NCBI RefSeq assembly: GCF_963921235.1
Contig: NC_086097.1
Location: forward strand, 144,276,001 to 144,340,000
Source of the DNA: Mobula hypostoma
Taxonomy: Eukaryota
Direction of reading: 5' to 3'
Length of the DNA: 64,000 bases
In this document: one piece after another, positions 1 through 13,081 of the stretch
How the letters are laid out: every line of letters starts with the position of its first letter
Numbering within the stretch: position 1 is the stretch's first letter
Program-made: the position numbers and the translations under genes
The notes under the pieces: generated by a model
What the model saw: only the letters and a program-made list of their open reading frames with translations
What the model was told of the DNA's origin: nothing
Databases searched by the model: none

Positions 1-292
1 CAAACGAGCCAGTCTCGGGATTGGGGTTGCAGAAGTTGGGTGACAAGTCGTAGTAGATCAAATCTCTCTCTGTTGGAGCTTTGAATAAGGCATACTTGGG
101 GCTAAGGGTCTCGACCCAACCTCTGGATTCCTGGTGTTTCTCCACGATCATCTCGGAGGCACTGTCATATTTGTCTTTTAAGTAATCTCCTATCACCCGG
201 AAGTCAGGCTGCGACCACCAGCAAGTTTTCACCTCACAGCTACCCGATAGTCCGTGACACTTACACTTCAGATGCATGTGGTCCAGAATAGC
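1..292 (-). CDS. wnt3a: Wnt3a coding exon 4, 5' part (runs off the window start)
   Basis: Acceptor tttctcag|GCT at 293/292. Translates [97 protein letters not shown]. Contains the Wnt signature [10 protein letters not shown] with the lipidated Ser. WWSQPDF favours Wnt3a over Wnt3 (WWAQPDF). Not in the ORF track. Confidence 0.95.
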
Positions 293-956
293 CTGAGAAA
301 GAAAATGCAACAACACCTCAATGGCTAACATTCAGACAACTGCACACAAACAATCTCAACCCTTCACCTGATTCTAAGCTTGCTTAGTAGATGATGCACT
401 TCACACCTCGATGGAATTGCTAGTCAACACTTCCTAAAAGAGGAAAGACAGTTCCCAGGAAGTTGGAGGTAGGCGAGCTTTCTTCTTCTCCACTATAATC
501 CATGTGCTGTTGAGAGCCTCACATTTCCTGTCATCCCCAAGGTACCGCAACCAAAAATATACATGTTTTGCAAGAAGGGTCATGAGATTAAATCCCACTA
601 TGGCAAGCTGGGAAGAGTAGTGATGTGGGGGGGATGGTGAGAGGAACTATTATCCCATAATACTACTACATTTACCTTTCCCTCCAATGGATCTGTCTAC
701 ACTTACAGCTGCCTTGAAAAAGCAGCCAGCATAATGAATGGACTCCTCTCACCTTGGTGATTCTCTTGTTTCTCCTTTCCCATCCATCAATATAAACAAA
801 TATCTGAGAGAACGAGCTACCAGAGTCGGGGACAGCTTTTGTCAGACTCTTAAACTGAGTTCTCATATGCTGCCAGCTGAACTCTGGGTCTCCCCCATCT
901 ACCTTGTCATGGCCCTTTCACTTTATCTGTCTGCCTGCACTGCGCCTTCTCTCTAA

Positions 957-3003
957 AGGCTGATTTATGCTTCTGCGTGGTAGCCTATGCCGTAGCCTAT
1001 GCAAGTGGCCTACACTGTTGTAAGCATTTATACTTGTGCGTTGGTGTGTCTGCGTCACTCTGCAATTCACCACCAAAACGCTAGTTGGTTGTGGGGTTTC
1101 TATGCCACTGTATTGAGTTTCTTCATGTTGAAACTCAAACTTCAAACAATGGCAACTGAACCTGAAGGAGGTTGTCCTGAAGTGGCTTGTCCGGCCACTG
1201 AGAGACATGGACGAGGAGATACATTTCAAATATTTTTGGATGTTGGCAGGTAGATTTGATGATTTGGTTCATCGTCTCCAACCGCTTATTTCGCATCAGT
1301 GTACGCACGGTGTACTCAGAGACTAGCAATCACCATTTGAGTTTTAGCTTCAGGTGGAAGTCAACAGGCTGTAGCAGCTAGCTACAAACTGGCATCAAGC
1401 ACAGGGTCCTCCATAATTTCGGAGGTCTGTAAAGCTTTATGGAAAACATTGCAGCCAGAGTTCCTTCCCTGCCCTTCAGTCGCCCAATGGGAAGCTATTG
1501 CAGCGCAGGAGGAAATGCGATGCTACCAAGTGGACCAATCACAGTTGTTGCAGTCTGCGTCACCACGATACATAGTTACATTTTTGGGGAGGTGCACGTC
1601 AGGCTATGGCATAGAAACATAGAAAATAGGTGCAGGAGTAGGCCATTTGGCCCTTCGAGCCTGCACCGCCATTCAGTATGATCATGGCTGATCATCCAAC
1701 TCAGAACCCTGTACCTGCCTTCTCTCCATAGCCCCTGATCCCTTTAGCCACAAGGGCCATATCTAACTCCCTCTTAAGTATAGCCAATGAACTGGCCTCA
1801 ACTGTTTCCTGTGGCAGAGAATTCCACAGATTCACCACTCTCTGTGTGAAGAAGTTTTTCCTCATCTCGGTCCTAAAAGTCTTCCCCTTTGTCCTCAAAC
1901 TGTGACCCCTCATTCTGGACTTCCCCAACATCAGGAACAATCTTCCTATATCTAGCCTGTGCAATCCCTTTAGAATTTTATACATTTCAATAAGATCCCC
2001 CCTCAATCTTCTTAATTCCAGAGAGTATAAGCCTAGTCGATCCAGCCTTTCATCATATGAAAGTCCTGCCATCCCAGGAGTCAATCTGGTGAACCTTCTT
2101 TGTACTCCCTCTATGGCAAGAATGTCTTTCCTCAGATTAGGGGACCAAAACTGCACACAGTACTCCAGGTGTGGCCTCACCAAGGCCTTGTACAACTGCA
2201 GTAGTACCTCCCTGCTTCTGTACTTGAATTCTCTTACTATGAATGCCAGCAGACCATTCGCCTTTTTCACCGCCTGCTATACCTGCATGCCCACTTTCAA
2301 TGACTGGTGTACAATGACACCCAGGTCTCGGTGCACCTCCCCTTTTCCTAATCGGCCACCATTCAGATAATAATCTGTTTTCCTGTTCTTGACACCAAAG
2401 TGGATAACCTCACATTTATCCACATTAAATTGCACCTGGCATGAATTTGCCCACTCACCTAACCTATCCAAGTCACCCTGCATCCTCTTAGCATCCTCCT
2501 CACGGCTAACACTGCCACCCAGCTTTGTGTCATCCGCAGACTTGGAGATGCTGCATTTAATTCCCTCGTCTAAGTCATTAATATATATTGTAAACAACTG
2601 GGGTCCCAGCACTGAGCCTTGCGGTACCCCACTAGTCACTGCCTGCCATTCTGAAAAGGTCCCGTTTATTCCCCCTCTTTGCTTCCTGTCTGCCAACCGA
2701 TTCTCTATCCACTTCAATACCATACCCCCAATAGTGTGTGCTTTAAGTTTGCACACTAATCTCCTGTGTGGGACCTTGTCAAAAGCCTTTTGAAAATCCA
2801 AATATACCACATCCACTGTTTCTCCCCTATTCACCCTACTAGTTACATCCTCAACAAATTCTATGAGATTTGTCAGACATGATTTTCCTTTCACAGATCC
2901 ATGCTGACTTTGTCCGATCATTTCACCGCATAGGGTACGGTGTAGGGTACACGGCTATGCCTTACCTACAGCATAGATTTCACTCAGAAGTATAAATTGG
3001 CCT
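957..3003 (+). mobile_element. Internally deleted PIF/Harbinger DNA transposon, interrupted by a CR1
   Basis: Left TIR aggctgatttatgcttctg (957) matches the reverse complement of cagaagtataaattggcct (ends 3003). TAA TSD at 954-956 and 3004-3006. Transposase remnants at about 1198-1505: [31 protein letters not shown] and [61 protein letters not shown]. Confidence 0.85.
1615..2927 (-). mobile_element. 5'-truncated CR1 LINE (RT core and 3' end) nested in the Harbinger element
   Basis: ORFs 2277-2921 (YLDFQKAFDKVPH, GVPQGSVLGP, SADDTKL) and 1701-2270 (LVRPHLEYCVQFWSP) are in the same frame, split by one stop. (TTTCTATG)-type tail. gcatag is duplicated at 1609-1614 and 2928-2933. Confidence 0.95.
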
Positions 3004-3491
3004 TAACTCCAACACTACATTCTGCACTCTGTTTTCTTTTTACTACTTCAGTGTAATTATGTATGATATGATGTTGGGATGGCATGCAAAACAAAAGCTT
3101 TTCACTGTCTCTCAGAACATTGAAGAGTAATCAACCAAATGTAATAGGCTCATCTGAGGGATCTGAACTTTCCAATTGTCTAGAACTTTTTTGCAAGACG
3201 TCATGCACCTGACTTACAAAGGCTCTGGGGGGAGAATAAGATCATCCATTGTGGTCCACAAAGGCCCATTAACTGCAGCCCACTAACCAGCTATGTTCTT
3301 CATCCTTCTGCCCCAAATAGCCCAGTGCTGAAACACAGGGACCATTTGCAGTAGTCCTTTATGTAAAGATAAGTACGTTTGATTTTCCTGATTCATTTAT
3401 CTTTATGTTTCTAATTCTACCACAGGTCATTTGGATTTATCCTGGGATTTCCATGTCCCCACCCTATATTCTCACCGTAGGGAACACTGAC

Positions 3492-3757
3492 CATGCGTCC
3501 GGCTTCATTATTGTGCCGATTCATAGCAGATCGCGCGTCCGGTCTGTTTTCCCGAGCATCCGCGAACTCCCGGGACACCATGCTCCCGAACTCGACATCC
3601 TCACTGCAGCCTCCCCACTTCCAGCCTTCCCCCGGCTTGCCCTTGTGGCGGCTATCACAGCCGCAAATGTTTGCGGTGCCCTCGGCGCAAGAGCGAGTGA
3701 TGGCGAAGGCGACCCCTGCGGAAGCGATGGCGTGAACAAAAGCCGATTCTCTCGTCG
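3492..3757 (-). CDS. wnt3a: Wnt3a coding exon 3 (266 nt)
   Basis: Acceptor tttcag|CG at 3758/3757, donor ATG|gtcagt at 3492/3491. Encodes (A)TRESAFVHAIASAGVAFAITRSCAEGTANICGCDSRHKGKPGEGWKWGGCSEDVEFGSMVSREFADARENRPDARSAMNRHNNEAGRM. Phases are compatible with exons 2 and 4. Confidence 0.96.
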
Positions 3758-3949
3758 CTGAAACAAAGGAACCCAAGATCTTTAATACCAGGTCACAACA
3801 GTGTTGGAGAAAATCAAACAATTTAAAAATGGCGTGGATAGTGATTCAAAGGGAAGAGAAATAATGCTGTAAGTGGAAGACAGCAAGTTTTTCAAGGTCT
3901 GGAATACTAGGGCTGGACACTGGACAAGTAGAGGTTTGGCACTATTTAG

Positions 3950-4425
3950 TATCAGAATCAAAATCAGGTTTATTATCATGTTTTATGTGACATGAATTTG
4001 ATGCTTTGTGGCAATAGTATGGTGCAAAAATATAAAATTATTATAATCAGAATTAGGTTTATTATCATTGATATTGCCATGAAATTTGTAGTTTTGTGGG
4101 AGAGGTACAGTAAAATACCTGACAATTATTACAAATTACAATAAGAATTTGTAAAGCAAGTAAATAAATAATGTAAAATGGAGCATAGTGAGGAGGTGTT
4201 CATGGGTTCGTGGACTATTGAGAAATCCAATGGAAGAAGTTGTTCCTAAAAGACTGAATATACAGCTTCAGGCTCCTGCACCTGGTCCCTGATGGTAGTA
4301 ATGGGAAGAGTGTGTAACCTAGAAAGTGAGTGTCCTTCATAGTGGATGCTGCCTTGCTAAGGCATTACCTGTTGAATATGTCCTTGATGGTAAGGAAGCT
4401 AGTGCCCATGATGGAGCTGACTGTA
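3950..4425 (-). mobile_element. Degenerate Rex1/Babar-like LINE 3' fragments (two stacked tails)
   Basis: Two copies of atcagaatc/ttaggtttattatca (reverse of aataaacctgattctga tails) at about 3950 and 4045, followed by decayed RT C-terminal sequence. Confidence 0.55.
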
Positions 4426-4430
4426 TTATA

Positions 4431-4930
4431 GACAATAGATGCAGGAGTAGGCCATTCGGCCCTTCGAGCCAGCACCACTATTCACTGTGATCATGGCTGA
4501 TCATCCACAATCAGTATCCATTTCCTGCCTTATCCCCATAACCTTCGATTCCACTATCTTTAAGAGCTCTATCCATCTCTTTTTTGAAAGCATCCAGAGA
4601 CTTGGCCTCCACAGCCTTCTGGGGCAGAGCATTCCATATATCCACCACTCTCTGGGTGGAAAACGTTTTTCCTCAACTCCGTTCTAAATGGCCTACCCCT
4701 TATTCTTAAACTGTGGCCTCTGGTTCTGGACTCACCCATCAGCAGGAACATGCTTCCTGCCTGCAGTGTGTCCAATCCCTTAATAATCTTATATGTTTCA
4801 ATAAGATCCCCTCTCAGCCTTCTAAGTTCCAGAGTATACAAGCCCAGTCGCTCCAATATTTCGACATATGACAGTCCCGCCATCCCGGGAATTAACCTTG
4901 TGAACCTACGCTGCACTCCCTCAATAGCAA
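4431..4930 (-). mobile_element. CR1 LINE 3' fragment
   Basis: ORF 4569-4916 QRRFTRLIPGMAGLSY...LRRLRGDLIETYKI. 3' UTR resembles those at 1615 and 9021. Confidence 0.9.
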
Positions 4931-5497
4931 TAGCACTCCCTCAATAGTATTCATGAGTTTTCATGGATGGGGAAATGACAATTACACTTGATTTGAATTG
5001 AATTGGTCAGTTAGGTAGAAAAGCGGCAAATGGAATTTACTGTAAAAAAGTGTGAGCCAAGGTATCTAAGCAGGTACTTTAAGGCAAGAATTATACAATA
5101 AATTGAAGGATAGTGAAAGGTGTGGAGCAACAGAGGAATCTTTTAGTACCCATGCGTGGATTCTTGAAGTTAGAAGGGGAGGCCAATAAGATGGCTAAAG
5201 GCCGACTTTTAAATTAGTTTTTGTTCATAGAACAACTAACAGGGAGATTATTTTAGATGTGCATACAACACTATTAAGATCACAGTCTGAGTATTGCATG
5301 CAATTCTGGTGATCACATCCAGAAGATACAATCGTGATATTGGCAGATGAAATGTTTTAGCTTTATGAAATGATTGGATTTGTTGGGATTGTTTTCTTTG
5401 AACAGAAGTTTTTGAGGGACGACAACTGAAGCATATAAAAATGAGGGAGCTACTACTAGGAATGATCTATTTCCTTTAATGTGGAAATTGAACTTTA

Positions 5498-5812
5498 GGG
5501 CAACATAGTGGTGCAGCTGGTAGAACTGCTGTCTCCCAGCTCCAGCTACATGGGCTCATTGACACTTGTGTTTCATCCATGTGGAGTTTGCCTATTCTCC
5601 TCATGGGACCTCATGGGTTTCATTCAGGTGCTCCAGTTTCCTCCTGAAGCCTGGGGGTTGGTAGATTAATTGGACATTCTAATACCGTCCCAGTGTGGTA
5701 GAACGTAGGGAGAATAAAATAGGATTTGTATGGAATTAGTGCAAATGGGTGGTTGATATGTGTCACAGACTCATTGGGCTGGAGGACCTGTTTCTATTCT
5801 CTCTCACTCTAC
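5498..5812 (+). mobile_element. HE1-like tRNA-derived V-SINE inserted in an old CR1 remnant
   Basis: tRNA-like head (gtggtgcagctggtagaactgctg), V-domain-like gtggagtttgc...gggtttcattcaggtgctccagtttcctcc, CR1-like tail. Confidence 0.65.
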
Positions 5813-6066
5813 AACTGTAACAGAGAGGTCCAGAGTCTTAAACTTTAAGTCATTTACAGGAGGGTTAGAGATGAAATGAGGATCTTTTTTTACATCTGGA
5901 TGTTAGCAGATATCTGGATCTCACTGCCTGAAAGGATGTTAGGAGTTGAAACCCTGGACACATTTAAATCATACTTGGCTGCATACAAACACTGCAACCT
6001 GATAGCCCAGCGGACCATGCGCTGGAAGATAGGAGTAGGCTGGGCAGCTCCCTTTGGATCTTCATT

Positions 6067-6526
6067 GGACTTGAGAAACTCAGTTACAGAGAAAGGTTGA
6101 ATAGATTAGGACTTTATTCCCTGGAGCATAGAAGAATGAGGGGAGATTTGATAGAGGTATATAAAATTATGATGGGTATAGATAGAGTGAATGCAAGCAG
6201 GCTTTTTCCACTGAGGCAAGGGGAGAAAAAAAACAGAGGACATGGGTTAAGGGTGAGGGGGGAAAGTTTAGAGGGAACATTGGGGGGGGCTTCTTCACAC
6301 AAAGAGTGGTGGGAGTACGGAATGAGCTGCCAGACGAAGTGGTAAATGTGGGTTCTTTTTTATCATTTAAGAATAAATTGGACAGATACATGGATGGGAG
6401 GTGTATGGAGGGATATGATCCGTGTGCAGGTCGGTGGGACTAGGCAGAAAATAGTTCAGCACAGCCAAGAAGGGCCAAAAGGCCTGTTTCTGTGCTGTAG
6501 TTTTTCTATGGTTTCTATGGTTCCTA
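6067..6526 (+). mobile_element. CR1 LINE 3' end (young family, near-identical to 27293-27741)
   Basis: ORF 6097-6345 RLGLYSLEHRRMRGDLIEVYKIM; tail tttctatggtttctatggttccta. Confidence 0.9.
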
Positions 6527-9020
6527 TAATGAGCTGAATGATCTGCTATGTTCCATGCCTTCATCTGTGATTTTGTTCAGATGATACAAAATTTGGACAT
6601 GTGGTTGTGAGTGAGGAAGAAAGCTGTTAAAATAGTTGATTAGCCATGAGAGTAGAAAAGTGTAACATTTAATTTATTTCAGAGAAATATAAGGGAATAG
6701 ATTTAGGGAAAATGAGCACAGTCAGGGAATTTGTGATACTGTATATGATTGAATATTAAAAAAGCTAGAGGAATAGTAGCTCTTGAAGTACATGTTCACA
6801 GCTTCCAAAGACTGCAAATGTTATATAGATTACTTCCTCTAATAACTGAAGTATAGAACAAATTAGATAACACAGTATAACATTTAGATCATCACAGTAA
6901 AGATAGGATATTTTAGCATTGAAAAGAATTCAGAGAAATTTAAGAAGAGATAAATAAATGTGAAAAATATAGCAATTTGGAAAAGTTGGTAGGTTGAGTT
7001 ATATGTTGTATAGTGAAGGTTTAATCCAAATATATATCATGTTCATATAATCCAAAGAGCTTTAAGTGGAGCAGAGAGATCACTGGCCCAAAGGAGTAGA
7101 TTTACGGTAATTGTTAGAACACCCAGTTAAGAAATTGATTTTTTTTTAAATCTGGAAATTTATTGGACTCACTGCTGAAGGAAATATGGAGGTTGAGCAT
7201 CTCATTCTGATTAAAAATTATTTTGTTATTGCCTTTGTTGTTGTAATATATACAGCTACAGAAAATGTAATGAACAATGGGATCTGATTCGATGGGTATT
7301 TTCCCCAATCAGCTGAGATAGACAGGGCAGGTTTCTTCAAGGTTGTAAATAGCTATGATTGTACATTTCCTATGTGGTGCAACAACAGTTACTACTTTAT
7401 AATTCAATTTTGCCAACCTGTGAGTTTCTTCTTAAGTCAAATCCAGTGCTATCAGCAAAATTATGTTCAAGAATACCCAGAATGAACCCATAAAAAGTGA
7501 ATGTGACTTTGGGAACTTACAACATAAGGACAATTAATTTATCAAAGTGAATTGTCTCATTACTGAAGAAGCTCAATCACTAATCAGTCAAATTCTCTTC
7601 TGCTGTGGCATGTTCATGGAATTATACAGTAGGTACAGTATACCTGTTAATGAGGCCTCTCAGAACAACTTGGCACCTCAGAATTCAGTGAATTGATCAA
7701 AATGACTTCAGTTCTGATCTCTATTTCACCATGCCAGATAAAATTCAAAGCAACCTGCTTAGTCATTCGGACATTGTTTCATGGGATAGCTAATGATCAA
7801 ATGAAATCTTCTGTGGCACTGAGCAGTGTCAAAAAGATTGGTTAAATTTACCATCCTTCTACAAAAACAACCTGCCCGAATTTCCATTTACAGCATTTGA
7901 TTCATAACTGGCTCTGTAGGCCAGTGTTTGAGGGTAACCTTCCAACTCATTCCAAGCTTCGTGTCATTAAATTCTTGCTACTTCTGTATTAAACTTGTTC
8001 TTCCTGATCCTGAACCCAAACTCAAGGGATTATCTGAAAACACCATTCCACAATTATTTTCTTTATTCCCTTCAAGTTCCCCCTGTTATACCCCACTTGA
8101 GACCATAAATCCCTAACTTGTTAAATAGATTGCCTTTATTGTTCTCCTCTGTGCTCCTCTTTAGCACATAATAAGCTCTTTCTGCTATGCAGTGTCCTAA
8201 TTTGACCTCATCAGCATTGAGCCCAACTGATCTGGTATTATTACCTTAGTTCTTTACTGCCAGACAGGATGCTAGAAACTCTTATACCTCTTTCAACATC
8301 TTTGAGATATGTTAGTAGAATGCTTATGCCTTTTATTTCTACATTATTCTACTCCACGTGCCTTCATTCAAGGTTTGAACATTATTGTAATCCCACCAAA
8401 CAGAATTGAATGGCAGTTCTCTCTTTGCTTTCTTCGAGAGGCAGGTTTAAACAATTTATGTAATCCTTGTAATTTAAGGCCCAATTATTCTAGACACCTG
8501 AACTGCATCCACACCAACGACAATATATCTTTCCTTTGGTGCTCAAAATTGAGCGCAGCTGCTCAGACAGGATCTGTCCAAGACTCTGTACCTCTGAATC
8601 TTCCTCCTTTGTGTATTCCTTGGTATAAGTACCAACATTCATTAACCCTTTTTTAAAGTTGCCTGCAAATTTTAAATGATTTATTTGCTTGGACTCCCAA
8701 ATCTCATCTAATTTCTTGCTATTTAGAAAGTATTTTTTTTCTTTTAGATGAAAAATAAATGGCATCATTTTTACTCTCACTGAACATTACTTGATGAATA
8801 TTTTCTCCAGCTCACTTAATCTGCATTTTTCATTTACTCCATTTGTAGTGTTCTGCTCTCATTTATAGTCTTATTATTGCCGCAAATTCTGTCCTATTTG
8901 GATATTAAACTCTTTCATCCCTTTGTTTAAATTATTAATAAAAAGAGTTGAAGACCAAAATAGATTAATGGGTTTCATTTGGCTTCACACCACACTGTTA
9001 AGCATACCCAAATCCTATTT

Positions 9021-12000
9021 AGACAATAGACAATAGGTGCAGAAGTAGACCATTAGGCCCTTTGAGCCTGCACCGCCATTCTGAGATCATGGCTGATCAT
9101 CTACTATCAATACCTGGTTCCTGCCTTGTCCCCATAACCCTTGATTCCCCTATCCATAAGATACCTATCTAGCTTCTTCTTGAAAGCATCCAGAGAATTG
9201 GCCTCCACTGCCTTCTGAGGCAGCGCGTTCCACACCTCCACAACTCTCTGGGAGAAGAAGTTCCTCCTCAACTTTGTCCTAAATGACCTACCCCTTATTC
9301 TTAAACCATGCCCTCTGGTACTGGACTCTCCCAGCATCTGGAACATATTTCCTGCCTCTATCTTGTCTGATCCCTTAATAATCTTATATGTCTCAATCAG
9401 ATTCCCCCTCAATCTCCTTAATTCCAGCATGTACAAGCCCAGTCTCTCTAACCTCTCTGCGTAAGACAGTCCGGACATCCCAGGAATTAACCTAGTGAAC
9501 CTACGCTGCACCTCCTCCACAGCCAGGATGTCCTTCCTTAACCCTGGAGACCAAAACTGCACACAATACTCCAGGTGTGGTCTCACCAGGGCCCTGTACA
9601 AATGCAAAAGGATTTCCTTGCTCTTGTACTCAATTCCCTTGGTAATAAAGGCCAACATTCCATTAGCCTTCTTCACTGCCTGCTGCACTTGCTCACTCAC
9701 CTTCAGAGACTGATGAACAAGATCTCTTAGACTCCTAGATCCTTTGTATTTCTCCCTTACCCAACTCCACACCATTCAGATAATAATCTGCCTTCCCGTT
9801 CTTGCTCCCAAAGTGAATAACCTCACACTTATTCACATTAAACGCCATCTGCCAAGTTTCTGCCCACTCACCCAGCCTATCCAAGTCACCTTGAATTCTC
9901 CTAACATCCTCATCACATGTCACACTGCCACCCTGCTTAGTATCATCAGCAAACTTGCTGATGTTATTCACAATGCCTTCCTCTAAATCATTGACGTAAA
10001 TTGTAAACAGCTGAGGTCCCAATACCGAGCCCAGTGGCACCCCACTAGTCACCATCTGCCATTCCGAGAAACCCCCATTCACTGCTACCCTTTGCTTTCC
10101 ATCTGCCAACCAGTTTTCTATCCATGTCAATATCCTCCCCCCAATGCCATGTGCTCTGATTTTACCCACCAATCTCCTATGTGGTACCTTATCAAATGCC
10201 TTCTGAAAGTCAAGGTACACCACATCCACTGGATCTCCCGTGTCTATCTTCCTGGTTACATTCTCAAAAAACTCCAATAGATTAGTCAAGCATGATTTGC
10301 CCTTGGTAAATCCATGCTGGCTTGGCCCAATCCTATCACTGCTATCAAGATATGCCGCTATTTCATCTTTAATAATGGACTCTAGCATCTTCCCCACTAC
10401 TGATGTTAGGCTAACAGGGCGATAGTTCTCTGTTTTCTCCCTCCTTCCTTTCTTAAAAAGTGGGATAACATTAGCCATTCGCCAATCCTCAGGAACTGAT
10501 CCTGAATCTAAGGAACATTGGAAAATGATCACCAATGCATCTGCAATTTCCAGAGCCACCTCCTTTAGTACTCTAGGATGCAGACCATCTGGACCTGGGG
10601 ATTTGTTAGCCTTCAGTTCCATCAGACTACTCATCACCGTTTCCTTCCTAATGTCAATCTGTTTCAGTTCCTCTGTTACCCTACGTCCTTGGTCCATCCA
10701 TACATCTGGGAGATTGCTTGTGTCTTCCCTAGTGAAGACAGATTCAACGTACTTATTAAATTCGTCTGCCATTTCTCTGTTTCCCACAACAATTTCTCCC
10801 AATTCATTCTTCAAGGGCCCAAAATTGTTCTTAACTATCTTCCTTCTCTTCACATACCTAAAAAAACTTTTGCTATCCTCCTTTATATTCCTAGCTAGCT
10901 TGCATTCATACCTCATTTTTTCTCCCCGTATAGCCTTTTTAGTTAAGTTCTGTTGCTCCTTAAAAATTTCCCAATCATCCATCTTCCCACTCACCTTAGC
11001 TCTGTTATACTTTTTTTAATGCTATGCTATCTCTGACTTCCTTTGTCAACCACTGTGGCCACTTTCCCCCCTTTGAATCCTTCCTTCTCCAGGGTATGAA
11101 CTGATTTTGCACCTTGTGCACTATTCCCAAGAATACCTGCCATTGCTGTTCCACTGTCTTTTCTGCTAGGATATCCGACCAGTCAACTTTGGCCAGCTCC
11201 TCCCTCATGGCTCCATAGTCTCCTTTGTCCAACTGCAATACTGACACTTCTGATCTGCCCTTATCCCTCTCAACTTGCAGATAAAAACTTACCATATTAT
11301 GGTCACTACCTCCTAATGGCTCTTTTACTTCAAGATCACTTATCAAATCCTGTTCATTGCACAACACTAAATCCAGAATAGCCTTATACCTTGTCGGCTC
11401 CCGTACAAGCTGCTCCAAAAATGCATCCCGTAGGCACTCTACAAACTCCCTATCCTGGGGTCCAGTACCAACCTGATTTTCCCAGTTCACCTGCATGTTG
11501 AAATCCCCCATAGCTACTGCAACATTTCCTTTGCCACATGCCATTGTTAACTCCCTATTCAACTTGCACCCAATATCCATGCTACTGTTTGGGGGCCTGT
11601 AGATAACACCTATTAGGGTCTTTTTGCCCTTCCTGTTCCTCAGTTCTATCCACACTGACTCTACTTCTCCTGATTCTATGTCCCCACCTTGCAAGGGACT
11701 GAATCTCATTCCTCACCAACAAGGCCATCCCACCCCCTCTGCCCACCTTTCTGTCCCTTCGATAGCACGTATACCCTTGTACATTCAATTTCCAGGTCCG
11801 ATCCCCCTGCAGCCATGTCTCCGTTATCCCAGCAACATCATAGTTACCCATTCGCACCTGAGCTTCAAGCTCATCCGCCTTATTTCTGACACTTTGTGCA
11901 TTCAGATATAGAATTTTTAACCCATTTCTCCTCTCTCTGTTTAAATCGCTACCTATTGTGCATAACCCGGCTCCCCGAACTCTCACCGGGCTATACGCCC

Positions 12001-12758
12001 CTTGAAGTTTGTTGTCCTTCTTAAATTTACTTACTCTTTCTGCACATTTAACTCCACGCTCCATCAGACCATCCCTCTGCACATGTATCCTCCTTATCAC
12101 TCGTTCCGCCTCACCTTTCTCTACTTCACACTTAATATTCCAGAACCGTGTAGTCCCCACCTGTCCTTTATACTTCATCTCGCTATCCTCTCTCATAGTC
12201 TGGATCCCTGCCCCCTGCAAATTTAGTTTAATCCCCCCCAAGCAGCACTAGCAAACTTTCCTGCAAGAATGTTAGTACCCCTCCAGTTCAGGTGTAAACC
12301 ATCCCGTCGGAACAGATCCCACCTTCTCTGGAACAAAGCCCAATTATCTAAAAACCTGAAGCCCTCCCTCCTGCACCATCCTCTCAGCCACGTATTGATC
12401 TGTATAATCCTTCTGTTCCACGCCTCACTCGCACATGGCACAGGTAGCAATCCTGAGATTGTTACCCTGGAGGTCCTGCCCTTCAGCTTCGCACCTAACT
12501 CCCTGAACTCACTACGCAGGACCCCCTCACTCTTCCTACCCACGTCGTTGGTCTCTACATAGACCACAATATCTGGATTCTTGCCCTCCCTCTCGAGAAT
12601 AACCTGCACCCAATCTGAGATGTTCCGGACCCCGGCACCAGGGAGGCAACATACCATCCGAGACTCCTGATCTCCCGCACAAAATCTCCTATCTGCCCCC
12701 CTGACTATAGAATCCCCTATCACTACCACTGTCCTCTCTTCCCTCCTCCCCTTCTGAG
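9021..12758 (-). mobile_element. Near full-length CR1 LINE: ORF1 C-terminal SGNH esterase plus ORF2 (APE endonuclease-RT) broken by frameshifts
   Basis: 12223-12729 VVIGDSIVRG...RDGLHLNWRG (GDS and DxxH blocks). 11582-12241 LYLNAQSVRNK..GITETW and 11005-11709 YRPP..GDFN..LDLVL..SDH (APE). 9735-10994 KSPGPDG, YLDFQKAFDKV, FADDTK (RT). 9107-9775 C-terminus. (TATTGTC) tail at 9021. Confidence 0.97.
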
Positions 12759-13081
12759 TCGATTTCTTGTAAATGTATTATGAGAAAGTGTTTCTGAAGA
12801 GTTTCAGAGATGTGCTTGTAATTTCAGAGTACAGTAACTTTCCAATTCAGCAATCCCAAGGAGGCATCTCAGATTTTGGGATGCGGATTTTGGAAAATCT
12901 TTTGCAGAGTGTGCATAAATATCAGTCTGTTTTCCCGATTGGTGAGGCTTCTGAAGTCAGGTGCACATGTAGGTAATGGGTTAATTTAATTCTTGATAAA
13001 AGATTACCCAGTAGTGTGGTGTTATAGTGGTCCCATGTAAAGGATTGGAGATAACCTTCCCTGGTGAGGTAAGCGAATTAC

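Noticed and set aside
3417..3821. Full-length ORFs 3417-3821 and 12981-13367 as stand-alone genes
   Set aside because: Only the internal parts bounded by splice sites are Wnt-homologous; the rest is intronic read-through.
2089..12562. Plus-strand ORFs such as 2089-2370, 2389-2793, 10525-11019 and 12269-12562
   Set aside because: Antisense shadows of CR1 coding sequence.
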